32,000 bases of DNA from contig JAPLKZ010000010.1 in assembly GCA_026387835.1 (NCBI GenBank), forward strand, positions 90,001 through 122,000, read 5' to 3'. The position numbers were made by a program, and so were the translations under genes. Origin of the DNA: Candidatus Saganbacteria bacterium. Its GTDB lineage: Bacteria > Margulisbacteria > WOR-1 > JAKLHX01. Every line of letters starts with the position of its first letter. Positions within the stretch are counted from its first letter, which is position 1. Shown here piece by piece: positions 15,148 to 23,470 of the stretch. The notes under the pieces are model-generated. The model searched no databases and was not told where the DNA came from. It was given only the letters and a program-made list of their open reading frames with translations.

Positions 15148-16292
15148 GAAGAAATAAAGGGAATCTTTTGCTGACTTTCATAATGCTGATCGGCATAAGC
15201 GCGCTGATAATGTCATTTTTGTTTTTGGTCACCGCGCGTACCACCGGCTCCGTATACCAGATGAACAGGGTCAAGGCTTTTTATATCTCTGAAGCCGGAA
15301 TAAACAAGGCGATCTGGTGTCTCAGCTTCGGCAGCATGGGAAGCACTTACAGGACAGGGAGCAGCATAGAGGCTTTTGGAGGCGGAAGTTATAACTATTC
15401 TATTCTTGACGGCCCTTTAAGTTCGATAATCATAACTTCTACCGGCGAAGTGAACGGCGTTTCGCGGACTATCCAGCAGCTGATAATATCAAGCGCTCTT
15501 CCTCCGGCGTTCGATTTTGCGGTCTACGGGAACGGAAATTTGTCGCTACAGGGGAACTCATCAATAAAAGGGCCTGTTTTTTCTAACGGAAATATCTCAA
15601 TAAAAGGGAATACAAACCATCCTACAGGAGAGACATCCGTTTCACCGGGACACACTGTAACGGTAAACGGCAAGCCTGTTCCGTTCACCGTGATTGATCC
15701 TCCTCCCCCACCCCCTACAATGAATACAAAATATTATGACGATCTTATCACCGCCGCCGGCACTTCAGCAGCAGGTAACCGGACTATCGGCAGTACTAAT
15801 CTCAACGGAAATACTATTTTTGTGAACGGCAACGTGACGATTTCCGGGAATTCTACATTGACAGGGGGTGGAATCATCGTTGCGACGGGTACTATTAATA
15901 TATCTGGTAACACTACGATCGGGCCAAATACTAAATTTATTTCAAACAAAACGATGACAATAACAGGAAATACAAATATCCAGGATGACGGTGTTCTATA
16001 TTCAAATACGACAATTACTGATTCCGGAAACAATCGTTTGAAAGGTGCTATCATGGCGCCCTCTATAACGATCAACGGGAACGATACGATATACGGATTC
16101 CTGTATTCTTGGGGAGTAAGCGTTGCGCTTAACGGCAATATTAACATGTACGGCGCGATAGTGAATCCTTCCGCCGCAACTTACACTGGCAATATCAAGA
16201 TCGAGTATGACCCGTCTTATCTGCCGGAAGCCCCTATCGGCCTTACAAGCGGCGGATATACATTGTTAAAAGGCTCATGGAAGGAATTATGA
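15144..16292 (+). CDS. PilX-N-like minor pilin with a large beta-helix-type C-terminal domain (candidate tip/adhesin subunit)
   Basis: Start and stop are coupled by ATGA. The N-terminus is a hydrophobic helix with no G|F-x-x-x-E motif (KGNLLLTFIMLIGISALIMSFLFLV), followed by AFYISEAGINKAIW (PilX_N-like). The remainder consists of degenerate GN-x-x-(I/L)-x-G repeats (GNGNLSLQGNSSIKG, NGNISIKGNT, NGNVTISGNSTLTGG, GTINISGNTTIG, MTITGNTNI) and a PPPPPP run. Confidence 0.7.
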   Translation: MRRNKGNLLLTFIMLIGISALIMSFLFLVTARTTGSVYQMNRVKAFYISEAGINKAIWCLSFGSMGSTYRTGSSIEAFGGGSYNYSILDGPLSSIIITSTGEVNGVSRTIQQLIISSALPPAFDFAVYGNGNLSLQGNSSIKGPVFSNGNISIKGNTNHPTGETSVSPGHTVTVNGKPVPFTVIDPPPPPPTMNTKYYDDLITAAGTSAAGNRTIGSTNLNGNTIFVNGNVTISGNSTLTGGGIIVATGTINISGNTTIGPNTKFISNKTMTITGNTNIQDDGVLYSNTTITDSGNNRLKGAIMAPSITINGNDTIYGFLYSWGVSVALNGNINMYGAIVNPSAATYTGNIKIEYDPSYLPEAPIGLTSGGYTLLKGSWKEL

Positions 16293-16293
16293 T

Positions 16294-17934
16294 ATGAGTC
16301 CTGTAAGGGACGCAAAAACGGAATTTTCGGTCGGATTTGATATAAGCGGCGGATATATTCGCCTTGCCGAGATATCGGAATCCGATAAAGGTTTCAGGCT
16401 CGAGGAATACAGGATCGCCGAGACCGCGCGCGAAAAAGACGGCTCTACTTCCGCGGGTTCTGTCCTCGATCTGTTAAAAAAAACCTTCGCTTCACTTCCG
16501 TCAAGAAAACGCAAAATATACTGCCTTTTATCCGGCACTGAAGTAGTGATCCGCAGGGTCATCGTCCCAAAACTCAAGGAAAAAGACCTTCTTGAAGCCG
16601 TAAAATGGGAGATGAAAAGCCATATCCCGTTCACTCTTGAGAACACGGTCATTGATTACAAGATGCTGGGAGCTGTCCATGAAAGAGGTGTCGAAAAGCT
16701 TGACCTTCTCGTGGCTGCCGTTTCAAAAGAATCCATTGCCGGCATCCACGGTCTTTTTGAGTCCGCCGGAATAAACCTTGACGGCATTTCGTTAGCGCCT
16801 TTCGCCGTGTGGGACCTGCTGAAAAAACTGAACATCCTTGAAAAAGATAAGACCACCGCTTTTATCAACATGGGCGTCGATTCCACGAGCCTGATCTTTT
16901 TCAACGGGGAGAACCTTGAATTCTTCAGGGAACTGTCTATCGCGGGGAATAATTTTACCAAAGCGATGATCGGCACTTTCGTCAGCGACAAGTGGCAGAT
17001 GGACTTCACCTATGAGCAGGCCGAAAAGATGAAAAGGACCTACGGCATCCCGGCCGAAAACACTCAGGAGAACACTCCGGACGGCGTTCCGCTGTCACAG
17101 ATATCCCAGCTGTTAAGACCGGTCCTGCGCAGGTTCCTTAACGAGATAATCCGCTCGTTCAGTTTTTACAAGGAAAATTTCAACAGGACAGCCGTCGACA
17201 AGGTCATCTTGTCCGGCGGTTCCTCAAAAATGAAGAGCCTTGACACTTTTTTATCTTCCGGTCTTGAGACAAGTGTTCAGAACTTTGATGCCTGTGCCGG
17301 CCTAGAGAGCTCTAAAACAGACGGAGAATTTAAAGAGATCTGCCCTCACCTTTCGATAGCCATAGGCATTGCCCTTTCCCAGGCAAAGGAGATGAACCTC
17401 CTCAAGAGAGCAAGGATCGGCAAAAAAAATCCTGCCCCTTTCAACATCGATAGGGCGTTTGAGTTCCTGTCTGATACCGATAATTCCATAAAAGTCCCCG
17501 CCGTCACCGGCGGAGCCGTGCTTCTGCTGTTTATTGTCATAGCTTTTTCCGCAGCGGTCATGATAAACAGCAGGCTTTCTTATTATAACGGTCTTATCAA
17601 CGACAAGAGCTCCGTCCTTGCCAACATAAAACTGCTGCAGGAGCGCCGGGCTATCGTCAACAGAATATCGGCGGAGCAGACCCCGGTCAGGCAGGTGATC
17701 GCGGAACTCTCGAACATCCTTCCCCCGGGTATCCTCCTGAACAGTTTTTCATTCACAAATTCAAGCCGGCAAATGGTGATAACAGGTTCCTGCAACGGCA
17801 TGAAGACGATAGGCGAGATGCTCAAAGATATCGAAATGTCTACGCTCTTTTCCGGAACTACGCTGATAGAGGCAAAAAGATCCGCCTCAAACAGTACAAT
17901 AGATTTTAAGGTGATATTTAAAAGCGTAATATAA
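16294..17934 (+). CDS. pilMN: Fused PilM (actin-like ATPase fold) - PilN (TM + periplasmic domain)
   Basis: The first roughly 370 aa are PilM-like (VGFDISGGYIRLAEI, INMGVDSTSLIFF, VILSGGSSKMKSLDTFL). One TM segment follows (AVTGGAVLLLFIVIAFSAAVMI), then a PilN-like domain (LSNILPPGILLNSFSF...MVITGSC). Confidence 0.88.
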   Translation: MSPVRDAKTEFSVGFDISGGYIRLAEISESDKGFRLEEYRIAETAREKDGSTSAGSVLDLLKKTFASLPSRKRKIYCLLSGTEVVIRRVIVPKLKEKDLLEAVKWEMKSHIPFTLENTVIDYKMLGAVHERGVEKLDLLVAAVSKESIAGIHGLFESAGINLDGISLAPFAVWDLLKKLNILEKDKTTAFINMGVDSTSLIFFNGENLEFFRELSIAGNNFTKAMIGTFVSDKWQMDFTYEQAEKMKRTYGIPAENTQENTPDGVPLSQISQLLRPVLRRFLNEIIRSFSFYKENFNRTAVDKVILSGGSSKMKSLDTFLSSGLETSVQNFDACAGLESSKTDGEFKEICPHLSIAIGIALSQAKEMNLLKRARIGKKNPAPFNIDRAFEFLSDTDNSIKVPAVTGGAVLLLFIVIAFSAAVMINSRLSYYNGLINDKSSVLANIKLLQERRAIVNRISAEQTPVRQVIAELSNILPPGILLNSFSFTNSSRQMVITGSCNGMKTIGEMLKDIEMSTLFSGTTLIEAKRSASNSTIDFKVIFKSVI

Positions 17935-17946
17935 AGGAGAAATGAT

Positions 17947-18801
17947 TTGGAAAGGCCGCTTTGGCAAAAGATCCTTCTGATGGCCCTGATAGCTATAGTT
18001 GTGATCTGGGCATCATACAATTATTTCTTGAAGGGGAAGATCAGGGAGCTTTCCGCTTCAAGGGAAACGCTCTCTTCGATCGAAAAGGAGATCGACCTTA
18101 TGATCCCGAAAGACATAATCGCGGGAAAATCGGAAGCGACAAACCTGATCATCGAAAAAAAACTCGGAGAACTGGGGAAAAAACTGCCTTCCGAGATAGA
18201 TATACCCTACCTTATGCAGGACTTTATCACAAACTCGTCAAGAGATATCAAGATAAATTATTCCCTGGTACAGCCTTCAGCCCTGATAAGCGAGCAGAAA
18301 TATAAGAAACTTCCGATAGATATTGAGCTGTCCGGCGATTTTGAAAATCTGAACCTGTATCTGGTAAGGCTGGAAAATCTTCCTATGATGGTCCGGATCG
18401 ATCAGCTCGACATAAACAAGAATTCAGACGCGAAGGTGCTCGACGTAAAGCTTCTTGTCTCGGCTTTTGTGATGCCGTCAGCCGCGGGACAAACTTCACA
18501 GGAAAAGATCGTTATGCCGGGCGTCGTAATGTCCGATCCGTTCTTTTCGCAAAGATACTGCGTGGCATCGTCAAAGGAGGCGGCCGCATCAAAGAAGAGG
18601 ACGATCAAGAAGTCGGCAAAAGTCCGGATCAAGTTCAAGGGTGTCTACGAAGGCAGTATCCAGGCTGTTTTCCTTAATGATTCGCTGGTAAAGACAGGGG
18701 AAAGCGTTGACGGTTTCACTGTAGAAAAAATAGGCGGGAAGTCCGTAACGGTCTCAAAGTCCGGAAAACGATACACATTAAAATTAGGAGGTGAGATCTG
18801 A
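17947..18801 (+). CDS. pilO: PilO with a C-terminal PilP/GspC-HR-like extension
   Basis: The TTG start lies 7 nt after an AAGGAG SD. It has a TM segment, a coiled coil and the PilO core (IDIELSGDFENLNLYLVRLENLPMMVRIDQLDI). The last roughly 90 aa (DPFF...KFKGVYEGSIQAVFLNDSLVKTGESVDGFTVEKIGGKSVTVSKSGKRYTLKL) resemble the PilP beta-sandwich. Confidence 0.8.
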   Translation: MERPLWQKILLMALIAIVVIWASYNYFLKGKIRELSASRETLSSIEKEIDLMIPKDIIAGKSEATNLIIEKKLGELGKKLPSEIDIPYLMQDFITNSSRDIKINYSLVQPSALISEQKYKKLPIDIELSGDFENLNLYLVRLENLPMMVRIDQLDINKNSDAKVLDVKLLVSAFVMPSAAGQTSQEKIVMPGVVMSDPFFSQRYCVASSKEAAASKKRTIKKSAKVRIKFKGVYEGSIQAVFLNDSLVKTGESVDGFTVEKIGGKSVTVSKSGKRYTLKLGGEI

Positions 18802-20132
18802 TGAAAATCAAGACAGCGGTTTTATTGGTATTTTTGTTCTGCTGTCCGGTCCTCGCTCTGGATAATATTTACAGCAGCGGCACCAGCAGCGAGACTATTT
18901 CTCTCAGCCTGAAAGATGCGCCAATAACCACGGTGCTCTACTCGCTGGGAAAAGAAGCGGGAATGAACGTCGTCGTAAGCAATACCGTCAAAGGAAAGGT
19001 AACTCTTTCTCTAAAGGATGTCCCGCCGTTTGAAGCTTTGCTGTCTGTCATCAGGTCCTGCGGTTATTCCTACAAGATAGAGAACGGTATATTAAGAGTG
19101 ACCGCACCCAACGCCCAGCCCGGGGAAAAACCTTCGTATGAAGTGGATATTTTCAGGGATAAAGGTCTTTTGACAAAGTCTTTTACGATCAATCAGGTGA
19201 CCGCTGATGACGCAAAAGATATGCTTATGAAGCTTGATTATCCCAACACAAGGATCTTTTCGACAAAAGGGTCAAACATCGTTGTCGTCGAGGCGCCCGC
19301 GGCCTCGATGCAGAAGATCTCCGGGATAGTTAAACAGCTGAACATCGCACCCAACCAGGTTCTCGTCGAATCGCAGCTGATGGAGATAACCCTCGGAAAC
19401 GGCGCCACGCCGTCAAAGCTCGGCGTCAAAGGAAAATACTCCGGAAGCACCTATACCGCCCAGACCGAAGGTTTTGCAAATCCCGCAACGACAGGCACTC
19501 CCGGGTTTTACGCCCATGTCGTCAAGGGCAATCTTGACGCTTATCTGGAAGCCCTGGAGCATAAGGAAGGATACAATCTTCTTGCCAATCCCAAGATCGT
19601 GGCGGTCTCCGGAAGATCGGCAAACATAATAAGCGGGTCAAAGCTGGGCTATAAGACAACTCTCACGACGACCACCGGCACAAGCCAGATAATCGATTTT
19701 CTCGAGGTAGGAACAAAGCTCACTTTCACGGCGTATATTTCAAGCGACGGCACAATAAAGATGGATATTCATCCTGAGGTCAGTGAAGGTTCCATATCGA
19801 CAGACGGCCTTCCTCAAAAGCAGACGACCGAAGCCACCACGACGGTCATAGTAAGGGACGGGGAAACGATAATCATCGGCGGCCTGATCAAGAATAAATC
19901 AAAAGAGGTCGAGAACGGGATACCGTTCCTGATGAGCATTCCTATTATCGGCAACGCATTCAAAAGCAAAGAGATCCTCTGGGAGAAAAAAGAGATAATC
20001 GCAATGCTCACGCCTCATCTTATCACTCCGGCAAGGATCAAAACCATGGGAGTAGAGATAGACACGGCCCGCCAAAAACAAAAAGATGCCAATACGGGCG
20101 AGGCGCCTAATCTGTGGTGGTGGATGAAGTAA
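18801..20132 (+). CDS. pilQ: Type IV pilus secretin
   Basis: 443 aa with a signal peptide. It has an STN/N0-like domain (ISLSLKDAPITTVLYSLGKEAGMNVVV) and an N1 domain. The secretin core includes VRDGETIIIGGL and GIPFLMSIPIIGNAFKS. Confidence 0.92.
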   Translation: MKIKTAVLLVFLFCCPVLALDNIYSSGTSSETISLSLKDAPITTVLYSLGKEAGMNVVVSNTVKGKVTLSLKDVPPFEALLSVIRSCGYSYKIENGILRVTAPNAQPGEKPSYEVDIFRDKGLLTKSFTINQVTADDAKDMLMKLDYPNTRIFSTKGSNIVVVEAPAASMQKISGIVKQLNIAPNQVLVESQLMEITLGNGATPSKLGVKGKYSGSTYTAQTEGFANPATTGTPGFYAHVVKGNLDAYLEALEHKEGYNLLANPKIVAVSGRSANIISGSKLGYKTTLTTTTGTSQIIDFLEVGTKLTFTAYISSDGTIKMDIHPEVSEGSISTDGLPQKQTTEATTTVIVRDGETIIIGGLIKNKSKEVENGIPFLMSIPIIGNAFKSKEILWEKKEIIAMLTPHLITPARIKTMGVEIDTARQKQKDANTGEAPNLWWWMK

Positions 20133-20225
20133 TGATTACTAATGACTAATTCTTAATGACTAATTAAGGAATAATATAATAATGCTTCCTTCATTAGACA
20201 TTAGTCATTAGTAATTAGTCATTTA
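20130..20225. repeat. About 95-bp imperfect palindrome built from 3 direct + 3 inverted copies of TAATGACTAAT; probable bidirectional terminator
   Basis: Direct copies lie at 20130-20140 (TAATGATTACT), 20140-20150 and 20154-20164. Inverted copies lie at 20193-20203 (ATTAGACATTA), 20200-20210 and 20214-20224 (ATTAGTCATTT). The inner pair is AAGGAA (20166-20171) / TTCCTT (20186-20191). The element spans exactly from the pilQ stop to the ABC ATPase stop. Confidence 0.8.
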
Positions 20226-20960
20226 AATTAAGTCTTCTATCAGCTGCCGGGTGTATTCTTCTGACGGGTTGTTGAATATTTCATCGGGTGTCCCCGTCTC
20301 AATCAGGCTTCCGGCCTTCATGACCGCTATCCTGTCGCAGATATGTCTTGCCAGCGAAAGATCGTGAGTGATAAAAAGATATGTAAGGCCTTTTTCTTCT
20401 TTCAATCTCATCAACAGGCCGATTATCTTTTTCTGCAGATCAAAGTCTAAGGAGGAGACCGGCTCGTCCAAGACAATGAACGACGGCCCTGTCGATACAG
20501 CCCTTGTGATACAGACCCTCTGGGCCTCTCCTCCGGAGATCTCGTGAGGATACCTGTTCAAATAATCTTTTGTCAGTCCTGCCTCTGACAGAAGCTCCGC
20601 CGCTTTTTTGGGGATCTCATTTCTCGGGCAGATATCATGGATCAGTAACGGTTCCGCGATTATATCCCTGATCCTCATCCTCGGGTCCAGGCTGGAAATA
20701 GGGTCCTGGAACACTACCTGCATCTTTTTTCTAAGATCGCGGCATTTTGTTGTTTCCTGTCCGAGAAATTTCAGTTCCCCGCTGTCCGGCCCGGTAAGGC
20801 CGAGTATCAATCTGGCAAGGGTCGTCTTGCCGCTGCCCGATTCTCCTACAATACCGAACACCTCTCCCTTATTTATGAAAAAGCTTGCATCCTTTACGGC
20901 CGCAAATCCGCCGTATTTTTTTGACAGCCCGTCCGCTTCAATTATATTTCCGGACATCAA
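20223..20960 (-). CDS. ABC transporter ATP-binding protein (peptide/nickel family, short NikE/DppF-like form)
   Basis: Walker A GESGSGKTT, signature ISGGEAQR, Walker B FIVLDEPVSSLD. At 245 aa, it has no long C-terminal extension. Confidence 0.9.
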   Translation of the reverse strand: MMSGNIIEADGLSKKYGGFAAVKDASFFINKGEVFGIVGESGSGKTTLARLILGLTGPDSGELKFLGQETTKCRDLRKKMQVVFQDPISSLDPRMRIRDIIAEPLLIHDICPRNEIPKKAAELLSEAGLTKDYLNRYPHEISGGEAQRVCITRAVSTGPSFIVLDEPVSSLDFDLQKKIIGLLMRLKEEKGLTYLFITHDLSLARHICDRIAVMKAGSLIETGTPDEIFNNPSEEYTRQLIEDLI

Positions 20961-21691
20961 TCAAACACCTCCCGAACTTTTTCCGATTCTCCCTGGAATA
21001 TGAGCCTTCCGTTCTTCATCACGGCGCAGGAACTGCAGTATTTTTTCACAAGTCTTAAATTATGCGTGATGAGCATGACCGACAGCCCCTGCGTTTCTTT
21101 CATCTCGACAAGCAGGTCCATTACCCCCCTCTGCGTCGTGACATCGAGAGCCGTAGTGGGCTCGTCAGCGATGATATGCTTTGACCCGCACGATACCGCG
21201 ATTGCGATGATTGCCCTCTGCCTCATTCCGCCGCTCAGTTCGTGGGGAAAATCATTATACCTTTTTCCCGGAGGATCTATCTTTACAAGATTTAGCAGTT
21301 CTATGGCTTTTTCTTTGGCGCTTTTTTTATCCATCTTAAGATGATATCTAAGTGCTTCGGATATCTGCTCCCCTATTGTAAGGACGGGGTTTAAAAAAGT
21401 CATAGGGTCCTGAAAGACCATGGATATCCCGGTGCCCCGGACCTTAGTCAGTTCTTCGCTGTTTAGTGCCATGATATCTGTGCCGTCGAGCAGGACAGAA
21501 CCTTTGACGATACGCCCCGGTTCACTTATCAGTTTCATTATCGAATATCCCAAAGTGCTTTTGCCGCAGCCGGACGGCCCTACCAGGCCGAAGAACTCTT
21601 TATCCTTTACCTTCAGGCTCACATCATCGACCGCTCTGATGACTTTGTCATCCGTGTAATAATATGTGGATAAATTCGATATTTTCAGCAT
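20957..21691 (-). CDS. ABC transporter ATP-binding protein (peptide/nickel family, short NikD/DppD-like form)
   Basis: Walker A GPSGCGKST, signature LSGGMRQR, Walker B IIADEPTTALD. I trimmed the start to the ATG at 21691 (MLKISNLSTYYY). The track's upstream 48 codons overlap the permease and look non-coding. Confidence 0.9.
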   Translation of the reverse strand: MLKISNLSTYYYTDDKVIRAVDDVSLKVKDKEFFGLVGPSGCGKSTLGYSIMKLISEPGRIVKGSVLLDGTDIMALNSEELTKVRGTGISMVFQDPMTFLNPVLTIGEQISEALRYHLKMDKKSAKEKAIELLNLVKIDPPGKRYNDFPHELSGGMRQRAIIAIAVSCGSKHIIADEPTTALDVTTQRGVMDLLVEMKETQGLSVMLITHNLRLVKKYCSSCAVMKNGRLIFQGESEKVREVFD

Positions 21692-22497
21692 GATCTCGGG
21701 TCCATGGCTTCCCTCAGTCCCTCTCCGACCAAATAGATACACAGCACCGTCAGCAATATCAGGCAACCCGGGATAAAAGCCATCCACCACGCGTCCCTGA
21801 GATAAGCCTGCGAGTCCTGCAGCATGTTCCCCCATGAAGAATACGGCGGCTGGACCCCGAGGCCTAAAAAGCTCAAAGCGGATTCGGTGAGTATCGCGCC
21901 CGCTATCCCGAGCGTCCCTGCCACGATGACAGGGTGCATTGCGTTCGGCAGTACATGCCTGAATATTATCCTTAAATTTGAAGCGCCTATGGCCTTTGCG
22001 GCATCTATATAAGGGCGTTCTTTTACGGAGAGGATCTCTGCTCTCACAAGCCTCGCGACTCCCATCCAGGAAGTAAGCCCTATTACGATCATTACGTTAT
22101 ATATGCTCGGCTTGAGCATGACTTGTATCGACAGCAGCAGAAATATCGACGGAAATGACAACATTATATCTATAAACCGCATTATGACGGAATCGACGAA
22201 GCCTCCGAAAAATCCGGCTACCGCTCCGAACAAAAGCCCGAGCACTACCGCGATCGATACCGCGATAAATCCGACGGCAAGAGAGACCCTTGCCCCGTAG
22301 AGCGCCCTCGAAAAGATATCCCTGCCAAAATCGTCTGTCCCGAAAAGATGGACGGCCGAAGGTGCCTGCAGCGCGGTACTGCCGAGATCTCCCGGATCGA
22401 ACGGGCTCATTACCGGCGCAAGAACCGCCGCAAATGCTATCAAAATAAGGATTGTCAGTCCGAAAACCGCCAGCCTGTTTTTAAAGAAGTTTTTCAT
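21685..22497 (-). CDS. ABC transporter permease (DppC/OppC/NikC-like)
   Basis: 270 aa with 6 predicted TM segments and a BPD_transp_1-type EAA region (YIDAAKAIGASNLRIIFRHVLPN). Confidence 0.9.
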   Translation of the reverse strand: MKNFFKNRLAVFGLTILILIAFAAVLAPVMSPFDPGDLGSTALQAPSAVHLFGTDDFGRDIFSRALYGARVSLAVGFIAVSIAVVLGLLFGAVAGFFGGFVDSVIMRFIDIMLSFPSIFLLLSIQVMLKPSIYNVMIVIGLTSWMGVARLVRAEILSVKERPYIDAAKAIGASNLRIIFRHVLPNAMHPVIVAGTLGIAGAILTESALSFLGLGVQPPYSSWGNMLQDSQAYLRDAWWMAFIPGCLILLTVLCIYLVGEGLREAMDPRSC

Positions 22498-22498
22498 T

Positions 22499-23467
22499 TC
22501 ATTTTTCTATTTTGATCCTCGGATCCGCAGCGGCATAGCACAGGTCCGCAAGGAGGTTACCGATAACTATCAAAAATGCCGATATCATCACGACACCCAT
22601 TATCACCGGATAGTTCCTGGAAAAGACCGCTGTCACGCCAAGGCGTCCCATCCCCGGCCAGGCAAATATCGTCTCAATGATGAATGCTCCGGCAAAAAGG
22701 TCCGGAAGCATCATCCCAACCAAAGTGATGAGCGGCAGCATCGCGTTCCTTAAAGCATGCTTAAAAAGGACCGTTCTTTCGGGTAACCCTTTGGCCCTTG
22801 CCGCTTTTATATAGTTCTGCCCCAGCACTTCTATCATGCTCGCCCTTGTATAACGCGTTATCCCAGCCAGGCTTATTATGACCATTGTCATTACGGGAAG
22901 CGCCATATGCCTTAAGAGATCTGAAGACCTTGAAAATAATGATGGCGCTTTCATAAGCGGGTCGTACATGCCCGTAGCAGGGAGGATATTAAGATTCACC
23001 GAAAATAACAACATCAGCATCAGCGCAAGCCAGAACGAAGGCATCGACATGCCGACGAAAGAAAATACCGTAACGACATGGTCAAACAGTTTGTTTTTCT
23101 TTAACGCGGATATCACTCCCAGCGGCACCGCGAGAAAGACCGTTAATAATATGGAAGTCCCCATAAGAAGCAAAGTCGCGGGCAGTCTTTCAAATATCAC
23201 TTCTGTCACAGGGCGGTTTATAAGATAGGCTGTCCCGAGATCCCCCCTCAGGGCATTGCCCAGCCAGTAGAAATATTGTACGGCGACCGGTTTATCAAGA
23301 CCCCAGTTGACCCTTATTCTTGCAAGCTCCTGAGGCTTTACATTCGGGTCTGTGAACAGCGCTGTCGGGTCTCCGGGAGCAAGATGCATCACAAAGAACG
23401 AGATCAAAGATATGCCTATCAATAAAGGGATAAGAATTAACAGCCGCTTCAATAAATATTTTCCCAT
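22499..23467 (-). CDS. ABC transporter permease (DppB/OppB/NikB-like)
   Basis: 322 aa. It has the typical N-terminus MGKYLLKRLLILIPLLIGISLISFFVMHLAPGDP and the EAA region YIKAARAKGLPERTVLFKHALRNA. Confidence 0.9.
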   Translation of the reverse strand: MGKYLLKRLLILIPLLIGISLISFFVMHLAPGDPTALFTDPNVKPQELARIRVNWGLDKPVAVQYFYWLGNALRGDLGTAYLINRPVTEVIFERLPATLLLMGTSILLTVFLAVPLGVISALKKNKLFDHVVTVFSFVGMSMPSFWLALMLMLLFSVNLNILPATGMYDPLMKAPSLFSRSSDLLRHMALPVMTMVIISLAGITRYTRASMIEVLGQNYIKAARAKGLPERTVLFKHALRNAMLPLITLVGMMLPDLFAGAFIIETIFAWPGMGRLGVTAVFSRNYPVIMGVVMISAFLIVIGNLLADLCYAAADPRIKIEK

Positions 23468-23470
23468 ATT

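Noticed and set aside
17422-17429. An A8 homopolymer at the PilM/PilN domain junction, as a possible slippage switch between fused and unfused forms.
   Set aside because: A +1 or -1 shift gives a stop within about 10-20 codons, but no restart codon exists for a separate PilN. An equivalent A8 run occurs at 16476-16483 inside the PilM domain. Both are most simply Lys-Lys codons in an AT-leaning genome.
21692-21835. The N-terminal 48-codon extension of the ABC ATPase ORF (track start 21835).
   Set aside because: The extension overlaps the permease by 150 nt and reads as Gly/Arg-rich nonsense. The ATG at 21691 gives the canonical MLKISNLS... start and overlaps the permease stop by only 7 nt.
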